DNA of 64,000 nt from an uncultured Verrucomicrobia subdivision 3 bacterium (GCA_903913865.1 CAIWMU010000214.1:69386-133385), one strand, 5' to 3'. Shown: positions 35,431 to 45,411, counted from the stretch's first letter. Translations and numbers: made by a program. Notes: generated by a model from the letters alone, not told the origin.

Positions 35431-35613
35431 TCCACAGGCGGAGGTTTGTCGGACAATTCCTCCAGTGTGCCGCCTGACTGCCATTCAACCACCGGCCACA
35501 GGCCAAACACCAAATGGGCAACCAAGTCCCATCAGCAACCCCAACTCAGCATTCTCCGGATTCACCGTTTCAGGAGTTCTGAGTCATCCGGGTGTTGCGG
35601 AACGGGCCCGCCC

Positions 35614-35808
35614 CTATTTCGGCATGTTTTCAGCCTCCAGGGTGTTTGCCAGATCCTTTTCAGCGAGAACCCAGTCTTCAAGAGTGAGATTGTGATCCGA
35701 TAATTTGTCGCGGAACAATTCAAAGGCATGTTGCCGCACCATGGGCCGGGTGATGCCCGGAGTGAACGGCATCGGTTGTTCCAGTTTCTGCACGATTTGT
35801 TCGTTCAT
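35614..35808 (-). CDS. Small DUF2934-like protein (64 aa)
   Basis: Internal ATG preceded by GGAAGGAG. VRQHAFELFRDK....LEDWVLAEKDL matches the RAYELW...DW..AE..L pattern of DUF2934 (from memory). The longer ORF in the track would overlap crcB. Confidence 0.55.
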   Translation of the reverse strand: MNEQIVQKLEQPMPFTPGITRPMVRQHAFELFRDKLSDHNLTLEDWVLAEKDLANTLEAENMPK

Positions 35809-35938
35809 AGCTGCTCCTTCCATTATCAACATACTCCCCTCCCGACATCCTGCAACCGGTCTTTCAACTTCTTTCCGCGCCGCTTGCGGCTTGCCTTGCG
35901 GGCCAATTTGGGAAACCGTTGACGCGCAGGCTTGGATT

Positions 35939-36337
35939 ATGTGGAATGCGTTTTTGATCTTCCTCGGCGGCGGACTTGGCAGCGTGGCGAGGTGGCTCGC
36001 CTCGGGCCTGGTGGCGACCCGCTTTGGTGAGGCTTTTCCCTGGGGCACCCTCGTCGTGAATGTGACCGGCTCCTTCGTGATCGGCTTCTTCGCCGCATGG
36101 ACGGGTCCCGGTGGCCGCTCCACAGTTCCTCCAGCCTTCCGCCAGTTTTTCATGCTCGGCATCTGCGGCGGCTACACAACCTTTTCCTCGTTCAGCCTGC
36201 AGACTCTCTCCCTGATGCAGTCCGGGGAATGGTGGCGCGCCGGGGGCAATTGCATCCTATCCGTGGTCCTTTGCCTGATCGGAGTCTGGCTGGGGCACGC
36301 CGCAGCTCTGGCACTATCCGGCGGCAGGGGGGCTTGA
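35939..36337 (+). CDS. crcB: Fluoride channel CrcB/FluC
   Basis: MWNAFLIFLGGGLGSVARWL...FPWGTLVVNVTGSFVIGFF...LGICGGYTTFSSFSLQT has the typical CrcB motifs. Internal ATG 35939. Confidence 0.9.
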   Translation: MWNAFLIFLGGGLGSVARWLASGLVATRFGEAFPWGTLVVNVTGSFVIGFFAAWTGPGGRSTVPPAFRQFFMLGICGGYTTFSSFSLQTLSLMQSGEWWRAGGNCILSVVLCLIGVWLGHAAALALSGGRGA

Positions 36338-36353
36338 GTTGTTTGAACCGCCG

Positions 36354-38522
36354 CTACTCTGCTGAGAGCTTCGCCAGGACTTCATCCTCTGGAACACGCT
36401 CATCCAGCAGGGCAAAAAGCGACGGTTGCCATGGATCCAGCGTGAACGGGATGCGGTCCAGCAAACCTAGATATTTCTGCCTGCGCAGATCGTAAACATG
36501 CCTGGATTTGGCAAGTGCCCCGGTCAGTTCGACCGGCTTTTCTAGAACCTCGTTCCCTCCCGCACGCTTCAACTCCTCGCTCATCTGGTAATCCGCATTC
36601 CGCTCCACCGCCACGATCAGCCCCCGGCCCACCCGGTAACGATGCACACGGGCCCGGGCCTCCACCGGCAGCACGAAAACACGTTCCAACGCGCGGAGCC
36701 GCTCCTGCATCCAGCGGGGAAGCGCTCCGGCCCCATCCACTGCCGCCCCCAGCCGCAGAGCGGGGTAGCCTGCCACATCGGTATCCAGCCCGCTGTGCAC
36801 AGCCCCGCCACCCGCGGCAAAAACACTTCTTATCCCCGTGGCGCCCGGCGGCAGGACCGGCGCAGCAAGCCTCCCGGTGAGCACCCGCCCGTGCTCATCA
36901 AAACAGCCGGGGGAACCATTCCAAAGCACTCCACGTGGTTCACCAGACCGGGCCAGGGTGGACAGGGCCCGGATCTGCCCGGCCTCCACCTCTGAAAGCG
37001 CCCACGAGGAGGGCATCACAAGCACTGCCGGACCGGCCTGAGTCAGCATTCCGGCCTCGAGTTGCGCCGATGAGATGAACCGGGGGCTATATCCCACATC
37101 CTGCAGGGCCTTGAGCCACCCGTTCCGGACCTTCGCCAGCTGGTTCTGCCCCGCCTCGTAACTGGAGAAGCGCCGCAACCAGCTGGATCCATCCACGGTG
37201 GATTCCAGCAGCCAGTCCACCTGGATGCTGGCCTGCGAGTAGTGGATGTAAATCGGATCAAACTCAGGCTTCGCCCGCAGGATGATCCGCGCCAGCGGCG
37301 AGGTCATCTCCCGGAGGACGGGTGCCAGTGCCACGCCTTTCGGTGTGAGCCGGTAATCCTCACTCTTCCAGTCGATGCAATCCTCGCTCCACCAGACGAT
37401 GCAGCCGCGATCCCCCTCAAGGAGCAGGTGCCAGAGACGACGCCGGGCCTCCCGGGTTTCCTTCTCGAAAACCGTCGTCAGAATCGGCTTGCCCGGCATG
37501 AAGGACCCAAAGATTTCGCGGGCGTTGCCGATGTCATACGGCTCAATCCAGTCCACCGCCTGGGATAGCCGCCACAGATCGTAGCCGCCAAACGCATGCG
37601 GCATCTGGGTCCCCTCGATCCCCACCGGGGTCTGCGGATCCAGTTCCCTGATGGACTGCCGCAGTTCATCCAATACTCCGGACAGCGAGGAATCCATGTA
37701 GCTCCGGAAATCGGCCCAGGGTGAGAAGTTCCAGCGGGTGGTGGATTCGCGGGCGGTCAGCGGGTCGAATTTCAGCGCCTGCAGCTGCTGCCAGTCGGGT
37801 TGGCCGCGTGGCTGGGCCTGGCCGCTGGCCATCCGGTTCTTGATCTGGTCGGTCGTGAAGGGCTTCACCTCCTCCCACGATTTGAACCCCGTCTCCCAGG
37901 CCGCGTTGAGCGCCTCAACCGTGCCGTGGTGCTGCTTCAGCCAGATGCGGAATCGGGCGAGGGTGAGCGGGTTGAAATCGTAATCAAATGGATTTGCCGA
38001 AATCGTGGTGGAAAGCTCATCCCGCAGATCGTAGGCAAGAGGCTGGTTCCCCCTGTTCTTCCGCACGATCCCTGACGCCTCCTTCCGCGCCCAATCGCGC
38101 CATTCCGGATCATCCAGGCAATGATCCCGGACGAGCGCCGTCTCCGGCCGGCCATCCCGGGTCCACTGGGTCACAAATTTGTCCCAGTCCTGCACGTTCG
38201 ACCGGAACTTGAGGCACAACCCACGGTTCACGATGTTCTCGACGTAATAAGGGAACCGGTTCGAGACAAGCAGACCGGGATCCCCATCGCCAAAGACCAT
38301 CGCCGTGTTGATCCCCATCTCGCGAAGGCGCTCGACAAACAGCGGAAACTTCCCCGGCTGTTTCAACGCGGCATCCCCCACCCACATGATGGTGCGGTAG
38401 TCCTGCCACGGCCTCAGCTGCCCTTCCCCTGCCCCGCATGCCGGAGCGCCCAACAGCAGCAGAATCAGGACTCCCCAGCTCCCCGCCCGCTTTCCCGAAT
38501 TCTGCGCCTTGCTCATCGCCAT
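36354..38522 (-). CDS. Secreted glycoside-hydrolase-like protein (GH42 beta-galactosidase-like features)
   Basis: Signal peptide (WGVLILLLLGAPACGA). FRIWLKQHHGTVEALNAAWETGFKSWEEV resembles the GH42 family motif. Family not verified. Confidence 0.45.
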   Translation of the reverse strand: MAMSKAQNSGKRAGSWGVLILLLLGAPACGAGEGQLRPWQDYRTIMWVGDAALKQPGKFPLFVERLREMGINTAMVFGDGDPGLLVSNRFPYYVENIVNRGLCLKFRSNVQDWDKFVTQWTRDGRPETALVRDHCLDDPEWRDWARKEASGIVRKNRGNQPLAYDLRDELSTTISANPFDYDFNPLTLARFRIWLKQHHGTVEALNAAWETGFKSWEEVKPFTTDQIKNRMASGQAQPRGQPDWQQLQALKFDPLTARESTTRWNFSPWADFRSYMDSSLSGVLDELRQSIRELDPQTPVGIEGTQMPHAFGGYDLWRLSQAVDWIEPYDIGNAREIFGSFMPGKPILTTVFEKETREARRRLWHLLLEGDRGCIVWWSEDCIDWKSEDYRLTPKGVALAPVLREMTSPLARIILRAKPEFDPIYIHYSQASIQVDWLLESTVDGSSWLRRFSSYEAGQNQLAKVRNGWLKALQDVGYSPRFISSAQLEAGMLTQAGPAVLVMPSSWALSEVEAGQIRALSTLARSGEPRGVLWNGSPGCFDEHGRVLTGRLAAPVLPPGATGIRSVFAAGGGAVHSGLDTDVAGYPALRLGAAVDGAGALPRWMQERLRALERVFVLPVEARARVHRYRVGRGLIVAVERNADYQMSEELKRAGGNEVLEKPVELTGALAKSRHVYDLRRQKYLGLLDRIPFTLDPWQPSLFALLDERVPEDEVLAKLSAE

Positions 38523-38530
38523 TGCCCTCG

Positions 38531-41272
38531 TTAGTGCGGGCTGGCTTCGCGCCCGCCACGCCGCTGGAGTTCATCCACATCGTCCGGATCATCCATCGGA
38601 ATCGAGGCCCGCTTGCGGGCCTTTCCATAATCGGGATCCTTCGCATCTTTGGCTTTTTCCGGATCAAAGATTCGGGGATCCACAGGCAGGCAGTTATAGG
38701 GACGAAAATCGGGCGTTGTGGTGAAGCAGTCGGAGAAATCGTTCGCAAGAGCGTCGAACATGTTCAACGGCGGCAGACCGAAAATCTGGTAAAGCGTGCG
38801 GTGCATGCTGACAATGGTTGTGTGCCGGTGGGAGGCGTTGCCACGCTTCGCCCATGGGCTGATCACCAGCAGCACACTGCGCTGGCTGTCCACATGATCC
38901 GGCTCACCGCCGGCATCGTCCTGTGTCACAAAAATAGCCATGTTTTTCCAGTAGGGCGTGTGGCTCAGGAACTCCACAATCCGCCCGAGGGCCAGATCGT
39001 TGTCCGCCATCCAGGAGGCGAGGTAGGGATAACCCCCCTCCGGTTTTGACCCGGCGCCGTGATCGTTGCAGATGGCTATGTTCACAAATTGCGGAAACGG
39101 CTCATGCCCGGAGAGGAACCGTGTCTCGACATCCTTCATGAACCAGTGCGCGCGATACTGATCCGGGATGTTCATGTTGAAGATGGGGAACTCGCGGCAG
39201 GTGTTGTCATAAAGCACCTTCGACATTGGGACATTCACCACCTCCCGCGCCCCGGTGGGAAACTCATCCTCATCCTCCAGCACTCCCGGAAACTCAAAGC
39301 CCTCCCCGTAGTTTCTAATGCTGACCCCGTTGCGGCCCAGGTGTTCCCACATGGAGCCAGCCTCCGGGTAATCCTCAGGAATCAGGGATCCATTGGATCC
39401 CATTGAATACCTGCGCCCCGGGGCGGTGCTGTCCTCCTTGAATCTCCAACCCACCGAATAATTCAACTGCATGAGATTGTTCGGCTGCACCCCCACCAGC
39501 CAGCGGTGCCCCACGCCGGAGCCTTCCGGCTCCATGTAGAAGTTGTCGCTCACCGTGAACTGCCGGGCCAGGGCGTTGTGATTCATCATCACCCCGACAT
39601 TTGTCAGCGTGGGCTGACCCTCCCCCTTGATCGTCTGGTGCAGGCCCCAGCGCAACAGGCTGGGATCATGTTTCGCCCCCGGAATGGCCTCAAAGATGGT
39701 GTCGTAGGTGTGGTTCTCCTTGGTGATGAAAACGACATACTTGATCTCCCTGGAAACCTGCCCCGGCACGGAGGGGATCACGGGCGAGCCCATGGTCTTC
39801 CGGTCCGCCGCACGGTCCACAATGCCGTTATAAGCCAGCACGTTGGCTGTCATCTGCTTAAGTTCCACATCACTCGGAACATCCAGCACACTCACCACCC
39901 CTCGCATTCCCAGGAAGGCGCTTGTCGGCACTTCACTGCCCGCATTCGGCCCGTTCCCGAATCCACGCAGGCAGATGCACACCAGCTGACGGCCATCCGG
40001 CGACATCGCCACCCGGTAGGGATACCACGCGGTCGGGATGTGCCCCAGCACGACCAGTGACTTCGCATCCAGCACCGCGATGGCGTTGATCCCCAATTCC
40101 GCCACATAAAGCCGTGTGCCATCCGGCGATACCACCATCCCCGCCGGGCTCACTCCCCGCACGCGGCTCACCAGCGGGGAGGGCACAATGCGCCGGCTCG
40201 CCGCGATCTGGTGCTTCACCGCATCGATCCGCTCAATGATGTCGTTGTTGCCGTTTGACACATAAAGGGCATCCCCGTGCGTCGCCAGAAAATTGGGTGC
40301 GCTTCCCCCCACTGTCTTCCCGTTGTCCGATGGCGCACCGACCAGCAGGCCTGTCTTGATGCGACTGATGACCTTTGGCGCCTGCGGATTTGACACATCC
40401 AATCCCCATACCGAGAACGATTCGGGCACGTTGGGCTCCCCAAGGCCGGGAACCTTCCTTCCCTCAAACTCAACCCCTTCCACCGCCTCCTTACTCGGAT
40501 AGGCAAAAGGGGGAAACGTGAGCCCGCGATTATCAAACCGGGGATCCTTGGATGGACCAATCTGGCTGTATTCAAACAACCCGATGTTCGCCACGTGGAC
40601 CGTGTCCCCGACAACGGTCAACGCATACGGATAACGCCCCACCCGCACCGAGGCCGCCACCTGCCGCCGCCCGGCATCGACCACCACCACCCGAAAGTTC
40701 GCCACATCCGCACAGTAAAGGTATTTCCCATCCGGACTGGTCTTCACATCCACCACATAGCTGTCTTCGTATTTGACTCCGCCCCATTCCGTGTTCAACG
40801 AGATGGCAGCCTGCCGGTCGCAGGTGGCGACTTCCAGCACTTGTATCGTCCCGGATTCCCCCCCGCTCCAGTAAAGGGTCCGCCCGTCCGGCGAGAAATC
40901 GGCTCCGCCAGAGTTGGGCCGCTTCTTGTTCGGATAGGGCTTCACCTCGGCCACCACCGGCTTGGGACCGCGCCAATCCGTGATGAACTGGCCCACCCCA
41001 TCGCTCGCCACGAACAGGGTGCTGCCATCCCGGCTCATCACGAGCCCGTAGGGCCAGGTCCCCACCGGCAGGTGTCGGCCAACCGGCTTCAACTGGCGCC
41101 CGGTCGAAAGAATTGTCACCCCGCTCGGATCATGCTTCGCATAGGAATCGACCGATGGGGCATGCAGATAGGGATGGTCGGCCGGGGCATGGGCCGGGCT
41201 CAGCAGAATCGCGGCAAGAACTGCGGTGGCGGTCTTCAAATTCATGGACATTGGCATCTCGATTGGTTGCAA
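38531..41272 (-). CDS. Secreted beta-propeller (YVTN/lactonase-like repeats) fused to a phosphoesterase-family (PlcC/AcpA-type) domain
   Basis: Signal peptide. Repeated ...SPDG..LY(V/C)A.. propeller blades. C-terminal IKYVVFITKENHTYDTIF, CNDHGAG, IFVTQDDAGGEPDHVDSQRSVLLVISPWAKRG. Confidence 0.75.
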   Translation of the reverse strand: MQPIEMPMSMNLKTATAVLAAILLSPAHAPADHPYLHAPSVDSYAKHDPSGVTILSTGRQLKPVGRHLPVGTWPYGLVMSRDGSTLFVASDGVGQFITDWRGPKPVVAEVKPYPNKKRPNSGGADFSPDGRTLYWSGGESGTIQVLEVATCDRQAAISLNTEWGGVKYEDSYVVDVKTSPDGKYLYCADVANFRVVVVDAGRRQVAASVRVGRYPYALTVVGDTVHVANIGLFEYSQIGPSKDPRFDNRGLTFPPFAYPSKEAVEGVEFEGRKVPGLGEPNVPESFSVWGLDVSNPQAPKVISRIKTGLLVGAPSDNGKTVGGSAPNFLATHGDALYVSNGNNDIIERIDAVKHQIAASRRIVPSPLVSRVRGVSPAGMVVSPDGTRLYVAELGINAIAVLDAKSLVVLGHIPTAWYPYRVAMSPDGRQLVCICLRGFGNGPNAGSEVPTSAFLGMRGVVSVLDVPSDVELKQMTANVLAYNGIVDRAADRKTMGSPVIPSVPGQVSREIKYVVFITKENHTYDTIFEAIPGAKHDPSLLRWGLHQTIKGEGQPTLTNVGVMMNHNALARQFTVSDNFYMEPEGSGVGHRWLVGVQPNNLMQLNYSVGWRFKEDSTAPGRRYSMGSNGSLIPEDYPEAGSMWEHLGRNGVSIRNYGEGFEFPGVLEDEDEFPTGAREVVNVPMSKVLYDNTCREFPIFNMNIPDQYRAHWFMKDVETRFLSGHEPFPQFVNIAICNDHGAGSKPEGGYPYLASWMADNDLALGRIVEFLSHTPYWKNMAIFVTQDDAGGEPDHVDSQRSVLLVISPWAKRGNASHRHTTIVSMHRTLYQIFGLPPLNMFDALANDFSDCFTTTPDFRPYNCLPVDPRIFDPEKAKDAKDPDYGKARKRASIPMDDPDDVDELQRRGGREASPH

Positions 41273-41548
41273 ACGGATGCTGGCCGATCATGCCCCGAAC
41301 GTCAACCGATCCCGGCACCCGCCGCAAAACGGCCCCCGGCGGACGCAAAACAGCCCTTTCTCCATGCCCGGCTTTGCTGCACCCTCCAATTACGCACGCA
41401 CACTCCAGAGAGGCCCCCCAGGACCGGCCGGGAGTGGACCGTTTATTTGGAACAGACCATCTGAATTATGACCTTGATGCTCACACGCATGTTGCCGCAG
41501 GCACCCTTCACGGGAATCCGCCGGATCCGGCCATCCGCCAGCCACCTC

Positions 41549-43948
41549 ATGCGGTCCCTCACTTTGTTCCTGCTTCTGCTTCCGGCCCTCTCCCGGGCTG
41601 CGGACCCCGCACAAATCACCCACATCACCGACCCCGCCATGCCGGGCAAACTCTCCGTGGTGGTTGGCGATGGTTGGGATGTCCAGACCCCCACCCTGAA
41701 GGTGGTTTCCCTGAAAAACTCATCCCCGGGCGAGCCCGACTCCTCCCTCCCCCTTCTCGCAGGCAGGGAGCACAACCTTCCGGTCCTGAAGAAGGATCCC
41801 CAGACACTGGTGTGCGACCTGCCCTCAGGCAAATTTTCCGTTCTCGCCATTTCCGCCAAAAGTGCCGATGGGTGGGGCACCCCCCTGCTCGTCAACCGGG
41901 CCAAAATCCAATGGCTCTCCCGGGAGACCGCCCAACCCGGCTCGGTCGTCCGGGCGATTGGCCGCAATCTGGTAAACCTCGACCTCTATCCACAAACCGA
42001 CAAGGAGGGGCTGCCAACCGGATTCGACGGCTATCTGGAACATGCCGAAACCTCCATCCTCATCCAGCGGGATGCGCCCGGTGCCGCCACGCGGCAACCC
42101 TTCCTGCGCTGCAAGGTCCTCAAGCAGAGCGCCTATGATGTTCACTTCCTCCTGCCAGCGAATCTCGCGGAGGGTGACTACAAGGTGCATGCCCACAACG
42201 GGCTTGGAGGCCCGCACGGATGGTCCCAGCCGATGTTGCTCACGGTGAAGACCTCAAAACCCTGGCCCACCCGGATCTTCAATGTTGCAGACTACGGGGC
42301 CACCGGCCTCCCCCTCGGTTTCAAGGAGGGCTGGCACGATGACACCGCCGGCATCCAAAAAGCCCTCGAAGCCGCCAGGAACAATGGGGGCGGCATTGTC
42401 CTGCTTCCGCCGGGAAACTACTACGTCACCTCAACGCTCGTCATGCCCCCGTTCACCACCCTCCGTGGCGAAAGCCGGGAGAGATGCTGGATCTGGTTTC
42501 CTGACGGCATCGACCACGGAAAATACGGGGATCAGGAAACACCCAAAAAGGTGCAGGTCGGTATCCGGGGCATGTCCGATTTTTCAATCGGGAACCTCAG
42601 CATCCACTCCGTGTTCACACGATTGCTGGTGGCCGCGCCGCTCTCAAAAGACACCGCCAACACCTACGAGGATCTCGATCCGGGCCGGGCAGCCAACATC
42701 ACGATCACGAACTGCATGATCTTCCACGAGCCCACCTACCGCTACCACCACCGGAAGGAGGATGGATGGCTCAAAAACAGCAATCTCACCGATGAATCAT
42801 GGGGCATGATGGCGACCATCGCCCTGCGTGGGGACAACCTCAGCGTGACGGACTGCACCATCCGGGGCGGCGGCACGGCCATCGCCTTCCTGGCCTGCCG
42901 GTTCAGCACCGTGGCCAGAAACGAAATCCGGATGGGACGCAGCGGCAACGCCTTTGCCGCACGCGAAGGGGGCTACCCGGCACAACCGCTTCAGGAACGG
43001 AACGTTTTTGAGGACAACCGGATGTGGGCTGCCACGGAATTCGCCCACAGCGGATTCTGGTGCCACGCCACCAGCAGGAACTTCTACATCGCCCGGAACT
43101 CCCTGCAACTGGGCTGGAATTCAGATGCCGAAGGCCTCCTGTGGCACGGGTGGGGCCCGCAGCAGATCTTCACGGTCACCGGCGCCGATGCAAACACGGT
43201 GAGCATCGCCGCGAAGGACGACAAGGTGGGGGTGGATTGGGAGTGCGTGGTGGTGAAAGGCCGCGGGCTTGGCCAGAGGCGCATGATCAAGGCAATCAAC
43301 AGCAGCACTCTAACCCTCGATACCCCATGGGAGATCAGGCCGGATGCCGGGAGCAAGATCGCCACCCTCTACTGGCCATGCCACCGAGGCCATATCATCG
43401 TCGGCAACCAACTGCACGATACCGGGGCCGGCATCTTCAGCTGGGGCGACAATTACGACTGGATCGTGGACGGCAACCGGATGCAGCGGGGCGGCGGCGT
43501 CCAGTTCGACGTCTGCTCCTTTGTCGAATGGGGCTACCGGCCCTGGAGTGGCAATTTCTTCGTCCAGATTCTCAACAATACGGTGGATCAGGGGCGGTTT
43601 ATGGGCAAATACGTGGAGCAGAACTGGAATCTGGGCTACAGCGGCACCGGCTACTACCGCAAGGACCTGCGCGGTGCCGTTGGGGATCTGGGCCATGTCT
43701 TCCGGGGGAACCTCCACAAGAACGATTCCACGATCTCCTTCTGGGACCGTGTGCATGACAACACCCTGGAGCATTACGACGGACCGGTGGTGGATGTTGG
43801 GATGGTCGTCGAGGGGAACCGTTTCGAACATTCCAGGTTCGGCATCAGTGTGGGGGACGGTGTTTCCGGCGTCCTCCGGGCCAACCGCTTCAAGGGGGTC
43901 GACACACCAGTGCGCGTCAAGGACCACTCGGATGTCCTCCAAAAATAG
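41549..43948 (+). CDS. Secreted right-handed beta-helix protein (Pectate_lyase_3 / GH28-related N-terminal motif)
   Basis: ATG 41549 gives signal peptide MRSLTLFLLLLPALSRA (the ORF is open from 41468). FNVADYGATG...DDTAGIQKALEAARNNGGGIVLLPPGNYYVTSTL. Repeated beta-helix turns. Confidence 0.7.
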   Translation: MRSLTLFLLLLPALSRAADPAQITHITDPAMPGKLSVVVGDGWDVQTPTLKVVSLKNSSPGEPDSSLPLLAGREHNLPVLKKDPQTLVCDLPSGKFSVLAISAKSADGWGTPLLVNRAKIQWLSRETAQPGSVVRAIGRNLVNLDLYPQTDKEGLPTGFDGYLEHAETSILIQRDAPGAATRQPFLRCKVLKQSAYDVHFLLPANLAEGDYKVHAHNGLGGPHGWSQPMLLTVKTSKPWPTRIFNVADYGATGLPLGFKEGWHDDTAGIQKALEAARNNGGGIVLLPPGNYYVTSTLVMPPFTTLRGESRERCWIWFPDGIDHGKYGDQETPKKVQVGIRGMSDFSIGNLSIHSVFTRLLVAAPLSKDTANTYEDLDPGRAANITITNCMIFHEPTYRYHHRKEDGWLKNSNLTDESWGMMATIALRGDNLSVTDCTIRGGGTAIAFLACRFSTVARNEIRMGRSGNAFAAREGGYPAQPLQERNVFEDNRMWAATEFAHSGFWCHATSRNFYIARNSLQLGWNSDAEGLLWHGWGPQQIFTVTGADANTVSIAAKDDKVGVDWECVVVKGRGLGQRRMIKAINSSTLTLDTPWEIRPDAGSKIATLYWPCHRGHIIVGNQLHDTGAGIFSWGDNYDWIVDGNRMQRGGGVQFDVCSFVEWGYRPWSGNFFVQILNNTVDQGRFMGKYVEQNWNLGYSGTGYYRKDLRGAVGDLGHVFRGNLHKNDSTISFWDRVHDNTLEHYDGPVVDVGMVVEGNRFEHSRFGISVGDGVSGVLRANRFKGVDTPVRVKDHSDVLQK

Positions 43949-44085
43949 GCCTCAATTCCAGCATTGTCCCGGCCCGGTGTGTTGCCCCATATTCCATCCA
44001 CACAACTTGAAATTATGAGCATAGGCCGGAACGATCCCTGCCACTGCGGAAGTGGCAAAAAATATAAGAAGTGCTGCCAGGACAA
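43750..44085 (+). repeat. Tandem-duplication block, copy 1: last 66 codons of the beta-helix gene, the intergenic region and the first 23 codons of the SEC-C gene
   Basis: About 10 mismatches over about 333 nt against 45213-45545 (hand alignment). Confidence 0.9.
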
Positions 44086-45148
44086 GGATCGGGCGGAGGC
44101 GCAGGCCAAAAAGCAGGCGGCCACACCGTTGGCACGGTTTGATCCCGGCACGGATGATTCGTATCCCGCCAAGCTGGTTGACTACTATGCTTTCATATTG
44201 AATCCGCCATCTTCACGATCCTTCCACCCCTACTGCATCGAAAAAGCCCTTGGAGTCAATGGACAACGAAAAGCGTTTCTGGAGGAACGGTGTGACGTGG
44301 AACCCGGGAAGGATCTGACGGGGCTGGAAGGTAAATCGACAGAGGAACTCGAGGCCAGGCTCACCCTCCTCGTTCCCGGCTATGACCGGGAGAAACTTCT
44401 GGCAGAGGGTGTGGCCGGGGAATCCGTCTGGCTGAGGACTGCAAAGTGGCCGACAATCACCCCACTGGCTCCCGAAGACGCCCGGTTCATCGGGGCAGCC
44501 ACTTGCCATATCTATGCCAGGTTTTGCCCGGACAAACCATCACTGGAAATGGTGGATGACTGGGTCACCGAGGGGACCGCCCTCTGCCACATGAATCGTT
44601 CTTCAGAGGGCATTACTGTCTGGCAGAAGGCAATCCGATTCCTGGTTGGCAGGATCACCCCGGAAATGAAAAGCCTGCGAGAGGCAGGAGATGCGCTGTT
44701 TCCCAACATGTCCGGGACATTTGCGGAGGTGATCCGGGACTATTGTGATGTTCGCGGTTACACAGTCCAATGGAACGACGGGACTGAGGTTGAGGACTGG
44801 CACCTCATCCACCGGGTGGCCACAGCGTTTGCTGATGATCCTGCATGCATCGACATCGGCTGCTTTCTGGGGGACATCTATTACCATCAGAAACGGACTG
44901 AGGAGGGGGGAAAGTGGCTCACATTTCTCGCAGGGAAGCATCCAGACAAGGTCCCGCCACTCGTGTGCCTGCTGGGCAACCTGATCCACCAATTCGAAAA
45001 CGACAACTGCGACTATGCTGCCTTCAGGCGGGCCAGTGTGATGCTGGAGCAGGCCTTGGCGCGCCTCCCGCATGCCGAGACCAAGGTCCTAAGGGAATAC
45101 CCGGAGGACATTCGCCACATTCTCTCGACGGCCCCGCCCGATGCCTGA
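44015..45148 (+). CDS. SEC-C motif protein, paralog 1 (motif at extreme N-terminus)
   Basis: MSIGRNDPCHCGSGKKYKKCCQ is the SecA-C-terminal-type Zn motif. The rest is helical and has no recognised domain. Confidence 0.8.
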   Translation: MSIGRNDPCHCGSGKKYKKCCQDKDRAEAQAKKQAATPLARFDPGTDDSYPAKLVDYYAFILNPPSSRSFHPYCIEKALGVNGQRKAFLEERCDVEPGKDLTGLEGKSTEELEARLTLLVPGYDREKLLAEGVAGESVWLRTAKWPTITPLAPEDARFIGAATCHIYARFCPDKPSLEMVDDWVTEGTALCHMNRSSEGITVWQKAIRFLVGRITPEMKSLREAGDALFPNMSGTFAEVIRDYCDVRGYTVQWNDGTEVEDWHLIHRVATAFADDPACIDIGCFLGDIYYHQKRTEEGGKWLTFLAGKHPDKVPPLVCLLGNLIHQFENDNCDYAAFRRASVMLEQALARLPHAETKVLREYPEDIRHILSTAPPDA

Positions 45149-45212
45149 ACAGCGGGTCCCCGCCGGGGTTCCGATGCAGACCATGCAGCAGGGCATCGCC
45201 CATCCGGAAGCA

Positions 45213-45411
45213 TGTGCATGACAACACCCTGGAGCATTACGACGGACCGGTGGTGGATGTTGGGATGGTTGTCGAGGGGAACCGTTTCGAACATTCCAGG
45301 TTTGGCATCAGTGTGGGGGATGGTGTTTCCGGCCTCCTCCGGGCCAACCGCTTCAAGGGGGTCGAAACACCGGTGCGCGTCAAGGACCACTCGGATGTGC
45401 TCCAAAAATAG
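45213..45411 (+). pseudogene. Orphan duplicate of the 3' end of the beta-helix gene (66 codons plus TAG)
   Basis: HVHDNTLEHYDGPVVDVGMVVEGNRFEHSRFGISVGDGVSGLLRANRFKGVETPVRVKDHSDVLQK* versus the end of 41549-43948. No plausible N-terminal part. Confidence 0.85.

Noticed and set aside
35066-35695. 209-aa (+) ORF and overlapping ORFs across 34941-35613.
   Set aside because: They are mutually overlapping in several frames, span the degenerate repeats, and are Pro/Arg/Ser-rich with no motifs. I treat the stretch as non-coding or repeat DNA.
35809-35938. Fluoride (crcB-motif) riboswitch upstream of crcB.
   Set aside because: I looked for the conserved GGxGAUGG...AAACxGCC...CUGAUG elements in the 130-nt leader and did not find them. 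A covariance-model scan (Rfam crcB) would settle it.
35809-36162. Long version (182 aa) of the reverse ORF 35614-36162.
   Set aside because: It overlaps crcB on the opposite strand and has no motifs. The internal ATG 35808 has a GGAAGGAG Shine-Dalgarno and yields a DUF2934-like 64-aa protein.
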